Shown here: positions 19,220 to 27,929 of the stretch, in pieces
How the letters are laid out: each line of letters starts with the position of its first letter
Position numbering within the stretch: the stretch's first letter is position 1
NCBI GenBank assembly: GCA_964370815.1
Contig: CAYJKQ010000001.1
Coordinates: forward strand, 285,812 to 317,811
Reading direction: 5' to 3'
DNA: 32,000 bases
Source: an uncultured Anaerolineaceae bacterium
Lineage (GTDB): Bacteria > Chloroflexota > Anaerolineae > Anaerolineales > Villigracilaceae
The notes under the pieces: generated by a model
Told to the model about the DNA's origin: nothing
Seen by the model: the letters and a program-made list of their open reading frames with translations, nothing else
Databases searched by the model: none
Position numbers and translations under genes: made by a program

Positions 19220-21061
19220 CTATTCCACGGTTACACTTTTAGCAAGGTTTCGTGGTTGATCAACATCCAAACCGCGGAAGGCTGCGATATGATAAGCGAG
19301 CATTTGAAGGGGAATTACTATGATCGCTGGTGATAACATCCAAGGAGTTTCAGGAATCCAGAGTACATGATCTGCCAAAGGTATTATCAACTCATCCCCT
19401 TCCGTGGCTGCTGCGATCACTATTCCACCACGAGCTTTGACTTGTTGAATCTGACTGATCATTTTCTCATGCCACGGATCTTTTGGTGCCAGGCATATAA
19501 CTGGCATATTTTTATCTATCAAAGCGATAGGTCCATGCTTCATCTCACCAGCTGGGTATCCTTCAGCATGAATGTAGGATATTTCTTTTAGTTTTAGTGC
19601 ACCTTCATAAGCAATGGGCATGTTTATACCCCTGCCCAAATATAGGCAATCACGAATATCTTTTAAGGCAAAAGAAATCTTTTCAACCTCGGGTTCAGTG
19701 TTAAGAACCCTGCTGACAAGATCTGGTATCAGTCGCAAGTCAGAAACAAGCTGGAACCGTGTGTTGGCATCAATTGATTCTCGCAGATCTGCCAATAATA
19801 TGGCAAGCATGTACTGATCAATTATTGGAGCTGTGAATGCTTTGGTAGAAGCGACCCCGATCTCTGGACCTGTTTGCATGGCGATAAAACCGTCAGCAAA
19901 TCGCATAGCTTGAGAGCCAATTGCATTTACGATGGTCCATATTGTGGCTCCTTTTCGTCTTCCTTCTTCCATGGCTGCCAAAGTATCTGCTGTCTCTCCG
20001 GATTGGCTGATGGCAAGAACGATAGTATGCGAGTCAATGATGGGGTCACGATAGCGAAATTCAGACCCAATCTCCAATTCACATGGTATCCGTGCTATTT
20101 TCTCAATCAGGTACTTACCTACCATCCCTGCGTAGGCTGCAGTCCCACAGGCAACAATATATATTTTCTTAATTTGATTGGCAAGCTCAGGGGTCAGGTT
20201 TAATTCTGGTAACCGGATTTTTCCAGATTTTAGATCTACTCGTCCCGCAAGTGTGTCGGTTAGTGAGCGTACTTGTTCATGGATTTCCTTTTGCATGAAA
20301 TGCCGAAACTCTCCTTTCTCCGCAGAGACCGAATCCCATGCAATGGTGTGAACTTGGAGATCAACAGGTTTTCCTTCCAGAGTTTCCACACGAACAGAAT
20401 CTCGAGTAACAATTGCCATTTGGCGCGATTCGAGAAAAATGACTTTTCGGGTATGGTCCAGGATGGCAGGTATGTCCGATGCGATGAAATTCTCTCCTTC
20501 GCCTAACCCAATTACAACGCCACCGGCATTTCCAATACGGGCACAGACAATACGGTCAGGTTCATCCGATGAGAGCAAAACAATTCCATGTGCCCCCTGG
20601 ATCTGGTTAAAGGTTTTTCTGGCAGCTTCCTCTAAAAGAAGACCAGAAGCCTGATGATGTTCTACAAGTTGAACGATTGTCTCAGTATCAGTATCAGATT
20701 TGAATTCTGTACCTTCACTCGCCAATTCATCACGTAATTCAAGGAAATTTTCAACGATACCATTGTGAACAACAACAACTTTACCCGAATTCCCTAAATG
20801 GGGATGGGCATTGCGCGCGCTTGGGGCACCATGCGTTGCCCAGCGTGTATGTCCTATGCCGGGTGTTCCGGTAATAGGAGACTCATGGACTAATTTTTCC
20901 AGGCGTTCGAGTTTTCCTGAGTCGCGGCGGATGATGATCTCACCATCTTGAATGATTGCAATTCCAGCAGAATCATAACCACGATACTCAAGCCTCTTTA
21001 GTCCATCTAAAATAATAGGTGTTGCATCACGTGGTCCAATATAACCAACAATACCACACAT
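19220..21061 (-). CDS. glmS: Glutamine--fructose-6-phosphate aminotransferase (isomerizing)
   Basis: MCGIVGYIG N-terminal nucleophile Cys, GIGHTRWATHGAPS, HNGIVENF, SQSGETADTLAA, EIGVASTKAFTAPI, PRNLAKSVTVE. The listed start at 21262 reads through the ribozyme leader. The true ATG at 21061 has GGAGG upstream. Confidence 0.96.
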   Translation of the reverse strand: MCGIVGYIGPRDATPIILDGLKRLEYRGYDSAGIAIIQDGEIIIRRDSGKLERLEKLVHESPITGTPGIGHTRWATHGAPSARNAHPHLGNSGKVVVVHNGIVENFLELRDELASEGTEFKSDTDTETIVQLVEHHQASGLLLEEAARKTFNQIQGAHGIVLLSSDEPDRIVCARIGNAGGVVIGLGEGENFIASDIPAILDHTRKVIFLESRQMAIVTRDSVRVETLEGKPVDLQVHTIAWDSVSAEKGEFRHFMQKEIHEQVRSLTDTLAGRVDLKSGKIRLPELNLTPELANQIKKIYIVACGTAAYAGMVGKYLIEKIARIPCELEIGSEFRYRDPIIDSHTIVLAISQSGETADTLAAMEEGRRKGATIWTIVNAIGSQAMRFADGFIAMQTGPEIGVASTKAFTAPIIDQYMLAILLADLRESIDANTRFQLVSDLRLIPDLVSRVLNTEPEVEKISFALKDIRDCLYLGRGINMPIAYEGALKLKEISYIHAEGYPAGEMKHGPIALIDKNMPVICLAPKDPWHEKMISQIQQVKARGGIVIAAATEGDELIIPLADHVLWIPETPWMLSPAIIVIPLQMLAYHIAAFRGLDVDQPRNLAKSVTVE

Positions 21062-21149
21062 AAAAACCCCTCCATTGTTATTGCCATAACTGCTTTTTTG
21101 CCTAAAAAGTTGCCTGGTTAGGATTGTTGGCAGTATATTAAATTGGAGG

Positions 21150-21294
21150 GAAAGGTGTTGGGATTGGCACTCCCAGAGGGCTTCCGCTGATCGTTCGATT
21201 TTCTCCTGATTTTTAGTCAGAATTAGCCCTGCTTCGAAGCAGGGAACCCTCATCCTCGTCAACTCTGGTAATCGAAACCAGAGTCCATGCGCTG
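21150..21294 (-). ncRNA. glmS self-cleaving ribozyme (glucosamine-6-phosphate-activated) in the glmS 5' leader
   Basis: On the minus strand: CA|GCGCATGGACTCTGG-TTTCGATT-ACCAGAGTTGACGAGGATGAGGG...GCGGAAGCCCTC TGGGAGTGCCAATCCCAACACC. The core GUUGACGAGGAUG, the GCGC after the putative cleavage site, the perfect P1 stem (21262-21269/21277-21284), the closing arm GCGGAAG-CCCUC and the P3-like stem TGGGA/TCCCA all match the glmS ribozyme architecture. Confidence 0.9.
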
Positions 21295-21885
21295 ACCTTT
21301 CCTTTTGGATGGATCAATCATGACAAAAAAGTCACGATTATTTGTATATACCTGCTTGGAAATGATTTGTTTATGGGATAAATCTAATTAAAAAAATCAA
21401 CTACCTCTCTTTTGATTCTCCAGCAGGTACATTCAAATTATACCTTAACAAGGAAGGAGGATTTTCAGAGAGGAACAATTAAACCATCCACCATGAAAAC
21501 TTGGGTGGTTTGAATAATGATCGTTTCAGAAATTTTATAGATTGGTTTTTTATTGTATTCGAGCAATTCGGTAATTATCGTACAAGGGATTTAACATTTA
21601 TAAAACATCTGCATGCATATAAAAAGGTGGAATTGAGAATCTGAGTGAGATTTTACCTTGATGATTTCAAGCAATCCGGTGTTAATTCGGTTTTTCTATA
21701 ATTTGGTGGTCAAAAAGCTCAACATCTCGATTGCTTTAGTCTAAGGAGTGGATAAATTACAATAGCTCGCCATCCACATCAATTTGGGGTAACTGGATTG
21801 GATAATTCCTAATGTAAACCACCAGTCGTGTGGGTCAAGATTCATAAATATTAAGGTTAATTGAATTATCGCGATTAATAGATGA

Positions 21886-23031
21886 TTAATTGAAGTGAAG
21901 CTGGTATACATGGTGTATTTTGGAGAAATTGATTCCGAAATTCTCCAATTCACGTTGCATATTATAGTTGTCTACGCCAATTTGAATGATTTCAGCATGG
22001 CGAAATTGACCACTTTCAACGATGGACTTTTGCATTTCGCTGAAAAGCAAAGCAGTACCTCCCAGGCCGCGGTATTCTTCTATTAACCCTGCTCCATTGA
22101 TATTGATCCAATCGGTTTTTTTTAACTCTCGTAAAAGAGTTACCCATCCGAATGGAAAGATCCGTCCCGCTGTTCTTTGAAGTGCTCCAGAAATATCAGG
22201 ATACGCCAGGAGGAATCCAACCATTTTCTTAATTTCATGGTTTTCGGAGTTGGTATGAATAACAATTTTTATCAACGATGGATCTGCAAACCACATTAAT
22301 TGTGAGGCAAGTGATTTTGCTTCGAAATCCGTAAGGGGTATTCCTCCGGATGTCCCTCCCAATGCACCGTTGTATAGATCTTTTAGTTTTGGGATCAATA
22401 CTTTTAAGTCATTACGTTTTTTAAAACGCGAAACCGTTAATCCCCGTCTTTGTTGAATGCGCTTTGATAATTCGTGAATTCGAATTGGAAACTCCATTGC
22501 AGCATTCATATAACCGGAAACAGATTCGCTGGCGACCTCAAACCCCAAACCTTCTAAAAGATCTATGTAATAAGGTGGATTATAAGGAATTCCAAGCGCA
22601 GGTCGATATTTATAACCTTTTGCTAACATTCCGAATCCATCCAGGGGCGTAAACCCTTTCGGACCTATGAGTTTATTTAATCCTTGTGATCTTGCCCAAC
22701 CAATTGCAGCTTCAAAAAGCATGGAGGCTGTTTCAGGATTATTTTCACACTCAAATAAATAAAAAAAGGCAGTTGTTTCTTGGTTATGGTCGTTAAATAG
22801 ACGATTGTTGGTAACAGCAATTCGACCAGTAGGTAGGTTATCCCTCTTGGTAAGGAAAAAAGCTGCCTGTGAATGTTTGTAAAAAGGATATTTTCGAACG
22901 TTGAATCTTACTCGTTCATCCATTAAGAGGGGAGGAACCCATTCAGGAATATTCTTATAAATAATGAATGGCAGTCGCATGAATTGACGCACCAATTTTT
23001 TATTTGATGGGTTAACTTGAACAATTTCCAT
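21886..23031 (-). CDS. GNAT-superfamily-like acetyltransferase/hypothetical protein
   Basis: 381-aa intact ORF; FEVASESVSG..., INGAGLIEEYRGLGGTALLFSEMQKSIVESGQFRHAEIIQIGVDNYNMQRELENFGI resembles a GNAT C-terminal fold. Confidence 0.6.
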   Translation of the reverse strand: MEIVQVNPSNKKLVRQFMRLPFIIYKNIPEWVPPLLMDERVRFNVRKYPFYKHSQAAFFLTKRDNLPTGRIAVTNNRLFNDHNQETTAFFYLFECENNPETASMLFEAAIGWARSQGLNKLIGPKGFTPLDGFGMLAKGYKYRPALGIPYNPPYYIDLLEGLGFEVASESVSGYMNAAMEFPIRIHELSKRIQQRRGLTVSRFKKRNDLKVLIPKLKDLYNGALGGTSGGIPLTDFEAKSLASQLMWFADPSLIKIVIHTNSENHEIKKMVGFLLAYPDISGALQRTAGRIFPFGWVTLLRELKKTDWININGAGLIEEYRGLGGTALLFSEMQKSIVESGQFRHAEIIQIGVDNYNMQRELENFGINFSKIHHVYQLHFN

Positions 23032-23071
23032 ATATAAACTGAGCGTTGAAGGGCTTTAGAAGGTTTGAAGG

Positions 23072-24397
23072 TTATCCAACATCAGTATTGTTTTTCTGGA
23101 GACTTGCTCTTTCTGCCATTTGATTTCGCAGAGTCTTGATATCTCCATCAATAAAAAATAGAGCTCCCAGATAAAGGAAGAAACATAATACCCAAGTCGA
23201 AACACAAATTGTTAAAATTGCTGTTTGTTTGGTTGTGGCTAAAGCAATTGAGCCTGCAATAATTGGAGCCAGCGCAGCACCACTATTCTCAATAAAATAT
23301 TCCACAGCCTGGGCGGTCGAACGTACCTCTGGAGGAGTTATGTCAAATATCGTTGAAAGAACATTTGGCGAGGAAAAAGGCATAAAGAGAGCAGTAAGTG
23401 ACATCCAAACGAAGAAAGTGGTCTTCTGATCGACTGGTGTTAACAAAGCCAGTAGTAAGAACAGTGCGCCTAATATTACGCCGATGGAAGAAATAATTAT
23501 GCGACCTTTTTTGGTTTTCTTGAATAACCAGTCGCCCAATGTACCCCCCACGAAATAACCCAATGATAGGATAAGAATTACAGGTCCCATAACAAATAAT
23601 ACAGAATTGTTATCATAACCTCGTTCAGACAATAGATAACCTATAAAAAAATAAGTGATCACGTTCCATGGGAAGACACCTGCGAATCCCTGTAAGAAGA
23701 TAAACCACATGGTTTTCTTTTTAAAAATTAATTTTGCTTCTTTTATTGAGAACTTGAATTGTCCAACTTCTTGTATACCTTCAAATTCAGGTTCTGCTTG
23801 TCCTCGAGGCATATCTTTGACAAAAAAGAATATTAAAATAGCCATGATAATCCCTAAGAAGCCAGTGATCAAAAAGATAGAACGCCAGCCCTCAAGATTA
23901 AATAGCTTTCCATCAAGTGTTGGGGCGATCATCAAAGCCAGGATCATACCTGCGAGATAACCCAGCGGTTGGGGAACCTGAAGAATCCCATAAACCTTAC
24001 CACGAACTTTCGGAGGGAAATAATCAGCGACCAGGCTATACAAACCGGGGTAAGAAGAATCATCAATACCAGTTGTTGCACGGGTTCCAAGGAATTGGGG
24101 GTAAGTTATTACGATAGAGCTCAACCAGGTGGTCGCACCCCAGATTAAGGATGCAAGCGCCAGAAGCTTTGCACGAGCATATCGGTCATACAAATACCCC
24201 CAAATTGGGAAAAGAATTGTACCGATTATTAATGCTCCGGAATTAACCAAACCCCATTGAAGATCATTTAAATTAAAAGTTTTACTAATAGGTATTTGAA
24301 GGGACCCTATAAGCAATTTATCTGTCTGATGAAGGAATATAAAGAAAAAGAATATTACAACAACGAATACAGGGTATGTTTTTCGGTTTTTATTCAT
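23072..24397 (-). CDS. Major facilitator superfamily transporter
   Basis: About 12 hydrophobic segments with MFS loop motifs: WGYLYDRYARAKLLALASLIWG, RATTGIDDSSYPGLYSLVADYFPPKVRGKVYGI, GGTLGDWLFKKTKKGRI. Confidence 0.85.
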   Translation of the reverse strand: MNKNRKTYPVFVVVIFFFFIFLHQTDKLLIGSLQIPISKTFNLNDLQWGLVNSGALIIGTILFPIWGYLYDRYARAKLLALASLIWGATTWLSSIVITYPQFLGTRATTGIDDSSYPGLYSLVADYFPPKVRGKVYGILQVPQPLGYLAGMILALMIAPTLDGKLFNLEGWRSIFLITGFLGIIMAILIFFFVKDMPRGQAEPEFEGIQEVGQFKFSIKEAKLIFKKKTMWFIFLQGFAGVFPWNVITYFFIGYLLSERGYDNNSVLFVMGPVILILSLGYFVGGTLGDWLFKKTKKGRIIISSIGVILGALFLLLALLTPVDQKTTFFVWMSLTALFMPFSSPNVLSTIFDITPPEVRSTAQAVEYFIENSGAALAPIIAGSIALATTKQTAILTICVSTWVLCFFLYLGALFFIDGDIKTLRNQMAERASLQKNNTDVG

Positions 24398-24547
24398 TCT
24401 GATTCCTTAAAAATAGGATAATTATTGTTAAAAGTTTACAGCATTATACGCTTCAAGTCAATCAGCTCATGGAAAAATCAACCAACTTAAATGGTGGTCG
24501 TAATTTGGAAATTATTTTTTTAATTAATAAAGGATCTGGGAAATTAA

Positions 24548-24858
24548 TGTCAATAGCTGAAACGATTGGTACAATTTTAGGTTTGAGGCTTCCCTGGTTA
24601 TTTTTAATTTTGCCTCAAGCGGCATATGAGGGTCATTCATGGAACCATTTCCGATCAAAGCTCACATTTTTTTGGATAACTCCTTTTCTAATAGCTCAAT
24701 GGTATTGGATTTTATTTAGATATCTGAAGAACCTTCGATCTGGTAACACTCGCCGCGTGAATCGCAGTAATTACATTGAAGTTGGCGGCCACGATACAGA
24801 TTCTTGTTGTATTTCAATCCAAACCGGGGATTCAGTTGAGAAACACTTGAGAGCATGA
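24548..24858 (+). CDS. Hypothetical small membrane-associated protein
   Basis: In-frame ATG at 24548 within the listed ORF 24469-24858; LPWLFLILPQAAYEG and LTFFWITPFLIAQWYWILFRYL could span the membrane. No homology recognised. Confidence 0.35.
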
Positions 24859-24937
24859 CATTGTTTTGATTTCTTTGATCATATTTTTGAGTATAGCTTG
24901 TTAGTCATCTTATTTTATGATAAAATTTTACACACAT

Positions 24938-25011
24938 CGGGGCGTGGCTCAGCCCGGTAGAGCGCGCGGTTCGGGATCGTGAGGTCGGCGGTTCAAATCC
25001 GCCCGCCCCGA
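24938..25011 (+). tRNA. tRNA-Pro, anticodon CGG (CCA not encoded)
   Basis: Acceptor CGGGGCG/CGCCCCG (7 bp), D arm GCTC-AGCCCGGTA-GAGC, anticodon arm CGCGG-TTCGGGA-TCGTG with CGG at 24972-24974, T arm GGCGG-TTCAAAT-CCGCC, discriminator A. Confidence 0.95.
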
Positions 25012-25019
25012 CTTAAAAA

Positions 25020-25047
25020 AACAGTCGATCATTTGGGATCGGCTGTT
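25020..25047 (-). terminator. Hairpin with a T-run in minus-strand orientation, just downstream of tRNA-Pro
   Basis: AACAGTCGATC...GATCGGCTGTT (one G-U pair). Read on the minus strand it is followed by TTTTTTT; plus-strand readout has only a weak T tail. Confidence 0.5.
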
Positions 25048-25200
25048 CGTATATATCACACGATTCAGCTGACAGTATAATTTAGAAAAAGTATTAAAGT
25101 AAACTTTACGTGGGTGTATATTCGCGCGAGAACATAACATTGATTGTAGCTCACTCTCGTAAATCCGAAGTTGAATATAATTTACGTTGATTGAATTGAT

Positions 25201-25232
25201 TGAATTATTGAATTATTGAATTATTGAATTAA
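25201..25232. repeat. Short tandem repeat, four copies of an 8-mer TGAATTAT (last copy TGAATTAA)
   Basis: TGAATTAT TGAATTAT TGAATTAT TGAATTAA read directly. Confidence 0.9.
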
Positions 25233-25254
25233 ACTCACTAATAGTAAAAAGATA

Positions 25255-25365
25255 ATGGGTATCCACGCAAACAATTTAATCCAAAAATATTTTTCTTCAA
25301 TCTTAACATTCATAATTCTAATCGCTTCGCTTGTGGTTGTTCTTGTATTAGTTTTTCGTTGGTAG
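25255..25365 (+). CDS. Candidate 36-aa single-transmembrane small protein (MGIHANNLIQKYFSSILTFIILIASLVVVLVLVFRW)
   Basis: Unlisted small ORF; residues 14-34 form a continuous hydrophobic helix; stop is 6 nt before the ATG of the next ORF. No clear SD. Confidence 0.35.
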   Translation: MGIHANNLIQKYFSSILTFIILIASLVVVLVLVFRW

Positions 25366-25371
25366 TGAAAA

Positions 25372-25638
25372 ATGCGTCAGTATCATAAAATGGAGCATAT
25401 CAACTTGCTTATCGACAGATTGGAGCGCTTGTCTGCTGATTCAATATGGTCCCATCGAGCAAGTGGAATTCGTGGTTCATTACTGGAATGCCTGGAAGAA
25501 CATAATGGGAGATATTCAAAGATAACTTCAGAGAAGTTGGATTCTCTTTTGGATCAGGGATTTGAAGTATTGGAACAAGCAATTAGAAAAAGTTTGTTTA
25601 AGAAGAGAATCAAGGTAAAACACCATAATTGCAGATAA
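25372..25638 (+). CDS. Hypothetical 88-aa protein
   Basis: ORF MRQYHKMEHINLLIDRLERLSADSIWSHRASGIRGSLLECLEEHNG... with helix-like, charged composition. Confidence 0.5.
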   Translation: MRQYHKMEHINLLIDRLERLSADSIWSHRASGIRGSLLECLEEHNGRYSKITSEKLDSLLDQGFEVLEQAIRKSLFKKRIKVKHHNCR

Positions 25639-25815
25639 GTCTAGGAAAAAAAAGTAAGAATAATTTCGCCAGATTAAAGAAGAACGAATTAAAAATCCGG
25701 AACAAATGTTGGATATTTGCATCCAATAGATCTGCCAGAAATTGAATTGTGATTATTTTTAATTTTCCCCAAGTAATTAGACAGATACAAACTTAATGGA
25801 GGAAATGGAGAAAAA

Positions 25816-26727
25816 ATGGATATAGCTATCATGGTGGAAGGACAAAATGGATTAAATTGGCACCGTTGGAAGAATTTGGCTGCTGCTGTGGAAGATTTGG
25901 GATTTTTTGGTTTATTTCGTTCTGACCATTTTACCAATATGGCACCCCCGGATAAGGATTCTCTTGAATTATGGGTTTCGCTCACATGGCTGGCAAGTCA
26001 TACCCATCGAATCCAATTTGGACCTTTGGTGACTCCTTTTTCATTCAGGCACCCTGTGATCACAGCACGCATGGCTTCGGCGGTGGACGATTTATCTGGT
26101 GGAAGGCTAATTCTCGGTTTAGGTGCTGGTTGGCAGAGACGTGAGCATGAGATTTTTGGTTTTGACTTGATGGAACCTAATGCACGTTTTGATCGCATGG
26201 AGGAAGGTCTGAGATTGATCAAATTGCTTTTCGAGAGCGAAGATCCATTTAATTTTGAGGGCAATTCTTTCAATGCAAACGAGGCTATCATGCTCCCAAG
26301 GCCGCAACGCTTAGGAGGACCTGAAATATTAATTGGTGGAATTGGGAAAAGACGGACTTTACCTCTTGTTGCAAAATTCGCTGGAGAATGGAATGCTTTG
26401 TTTCTGGATCCCCAAAAATATCGGGAGTTAAACCTTGAGATGAACAATATTCTAAAGGCTTTTGGACGAATACCTGAATCTCTTACAAGATCAATGATGA
26501 CTGGATTGCGTTTTGGTCGTACCAAGCATGAGTTGGATGCCAAGCTGGCAAATTCCGAGCACTCAGTAAAAGATCTACGCAAAAGAGGAATAATTGTTGG
26601 AGTTGGTGGAGAAATCAAGGCACAACTAATAGAACTTGAGAATGCTGGTCTGCAGCGTGTTATGCTTCAATGGTTGGATCTTGACGATCTGGATGGATTA
26701 ACAAATTTGGCAAAAATTGTTTTATGA
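25816..26727 (+). CDS. LLM-class flavin-dependent (probably F420-dependent) oxidoreductase
   Basis: LAAAVEDLGFFGLFRSDHFTN, LELWVSLTWLASHTHRIQFGPLVTPFSFRHPVITARMASAVDDLSGGRLILGLGAGWQRREHEIFGFD, PEILIGGIGKRRTLPLVAKFA. Purine-rich SD GGAGG/GGAG upstream. Confidence 0.87.
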   Translation: MDIAIMVEGQNGLNWHRWKNLAAAVEDLGFFGLFRSDHFTNMAPPDKDSLELWVSLTWLASHTHRIQFGPLVTPFSFRHPVITARMASAVDDLSGGRLILGLGAGWQRREHEIFGFDLMEPNARFDRMEEGLRLIKLLFESEDPFNFEGNSFNANEAIMLPRPQRLGGPEILIGGIGKRRTLPLVAKFAGEWNALFLDPQKYRELNLEMNNILKAFGRIPESLTRSMMTGLRFGRTKHELDAKLANSEHSVKDLRKRGIIVGVGGEIKAQLIELENAGLQRVMLQWLDLDDLDGLTNLAKIVL

Positions 26728-26728
26728 T

Positions 26729-27808
26729 TCAACAGATCCTGGGTAAAAGTTCACCAGCAGGTAAATCCACTACCCGCATGCCCCCAATTGAAGTTCGAGC
26801 AGTAACCATTCCAGGGTGATCATTAACAACCTTGCCAATAATGGCCGAGTCTTTTCCAAGTGGATGGCTGCGCATAGCCAATAATACTTTGTCAGCTTTA
26901 TTCTCGGGAAGTACTATGATCATTTTCCCCTCATTTGCAATATAGAATGGGTCAAGCCCCAGCATTTCGCAAGCAGCATTCACCTCAGAATATATGGGGA
27001 TATCCGTCTCGTTAAATTCAATGCCAACATTAGAAGCAATTGCTAATTCATTTAGAACAGCGGCTAATCCACCTCGTGTAGCATCCCTTAGGCAATGAAT
27101 TTCGTTAGTGATGGAAAGAATTGTATCAACCAGACCGTTGAGAGGTGCAGTATCGCTCTCAATAGTTGTTTTAAATTCCAATCCCGACCGTACAGACATA
27201 ATAGCCATCCCGTGGTCACCAATGCTTCCACTGATTATGATGACGTCTCCAGGGTGGGCAAATTTTGAAGAAATATTTATACCTTCAGGAATTATCCCTA
27301 TTCCTGTGGTATTGATATACATACCATCTCCATGTCCCCGATTGACTACTTTCGTATCACCTGCGATTATTTTAACTCCTGCAAGTTTGCAAGCTGAAGC
27401 CATTGAATTTACGATTATTCCGAGTGTCTCCATTGGCAAGCCTTCTTCTAAAATAAAACCTGCAGATAGATATAGAGGCTTTGCACCACTCATGGAGAGA
27501 TCATTGATTGTGCCAAAAATGGCTAGTTCACCAATATCTCCTCCTGGAAAAATTAATGGGCTTACAACAAATGAATCTGTCGTAAAAGCAAGACGATTTG
27601 ATGGTATGGTTTGAAATATTTCTGCCAGATCAATAGTGGTCGAATCATTCAGTTGGCCAAGTAGTTCATTATTAAAAGCTGGGGAAAAGAGATGTTTGAT
27701 TAGATCGTCCATCATTTTTCCACCCGAACCGTGACCAAGTACTATAGTTGGGTAATTTTGGAGTGGTCTCGGACAAGTCCAGCCTGCGATTTTGGTATTA
27801 TCAGTCAT
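26729..27808 (-). CDS. hypE: Hydrogenase maturation factor HypE
   Basis: LGHGSGGKMMDDLI, FTTDSFVVSPLIFPGGDIGELAIFGTINDLSMSGAKPLYLSAGFILEEG, RDATRGGLAAVLNELA and the characteristic C-terminal PRIC. Confidence 0.95.
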   Translation of the reverse strand: MTDNTKIAGWTCPRPLQNYPTIVLGHGSGGKMMDDLIKHLFSPAFNNELLGQLNDSTTIDLAEIFQTIPSNRLAFTTDSFVVSPLIFPGGDIGELAIFGTINDLSMSGAKPLYLSAGFILEEGLPMETLGIIVNSMASACKLAGVKIIAGDTKVVNRGHGDGMYINTTGIGIIPEGINISSKFAHPGDVIIISGSIGDHGMAIMSVRSGLEFKTTIESDTAPLNGLVDTILSITNEIHCLRDATRGGLAAVLNELAIASNVGIEFNETDIPIYSEVNAACEMLGLDPFYIANEGKMIIVLPENKADKVLLAMRSHPLGKDSAIIGKVVNDHPGMVTARTSIGGMRVVDLPAGELLPRIC

Positions 27809-27929
27809 TTGGCTCCAACGAATGAATGTAACATTTCAATAATTCAGGTAAAAATGGGATTGTTTGTGTTGGCAGAAAATTTGAAAAATTTAATCCCTTG
27901 CTCCTAATTGAGAAGATAAGAATGAACCA

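Noticed and set aside
21062-21262. N-terminal 67-aa extension of the listed glmS ORF
   Set aside because: GlmS must begin with Met followed by the catalytic Cys (MCGIVGYIG at 21061). The extension lies over a structured ribozyme and has no homology-like character.
21741-21953. 70-aa minus-strand ORF downstream of the GNAT-like gene
   Set aside because: It overlaps the 3' end of the intact GNAT-like CDS and has no RBS or recognisable features; probably chance.
25709-25726. Inverted repeat TTGGAT-ATTTGC-ATCCAA upstream of the LLM oxidoreductase, initially considered a second copy of the nuo palindrome
   Set aside because: It shares only ATATTTGCAT with the 30-bp palindrome. It is short and AT-rich and could easily arise by chance.
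25689-25985. 98-aa minus-strand ORF upstream of and overlapping the LLM oxidoreductase start
   Set aside because: It overlaps the start of a well-supported gene on the opposite strand, and no plausible domain is visible.
25998-26618. 206-aa minus-strand ORF
   Set aside because: It is a shadow of the LLM-class oxidoreductase (25816-26727), which has strong family motifs and a good SD.
27108-27614. 168-aa ORF antisense to hypE
   Set aside because: The opposite strand encodes clear HypE motifs, and the antisense frame has Pro/Ser/Ile-rich shadow composition.
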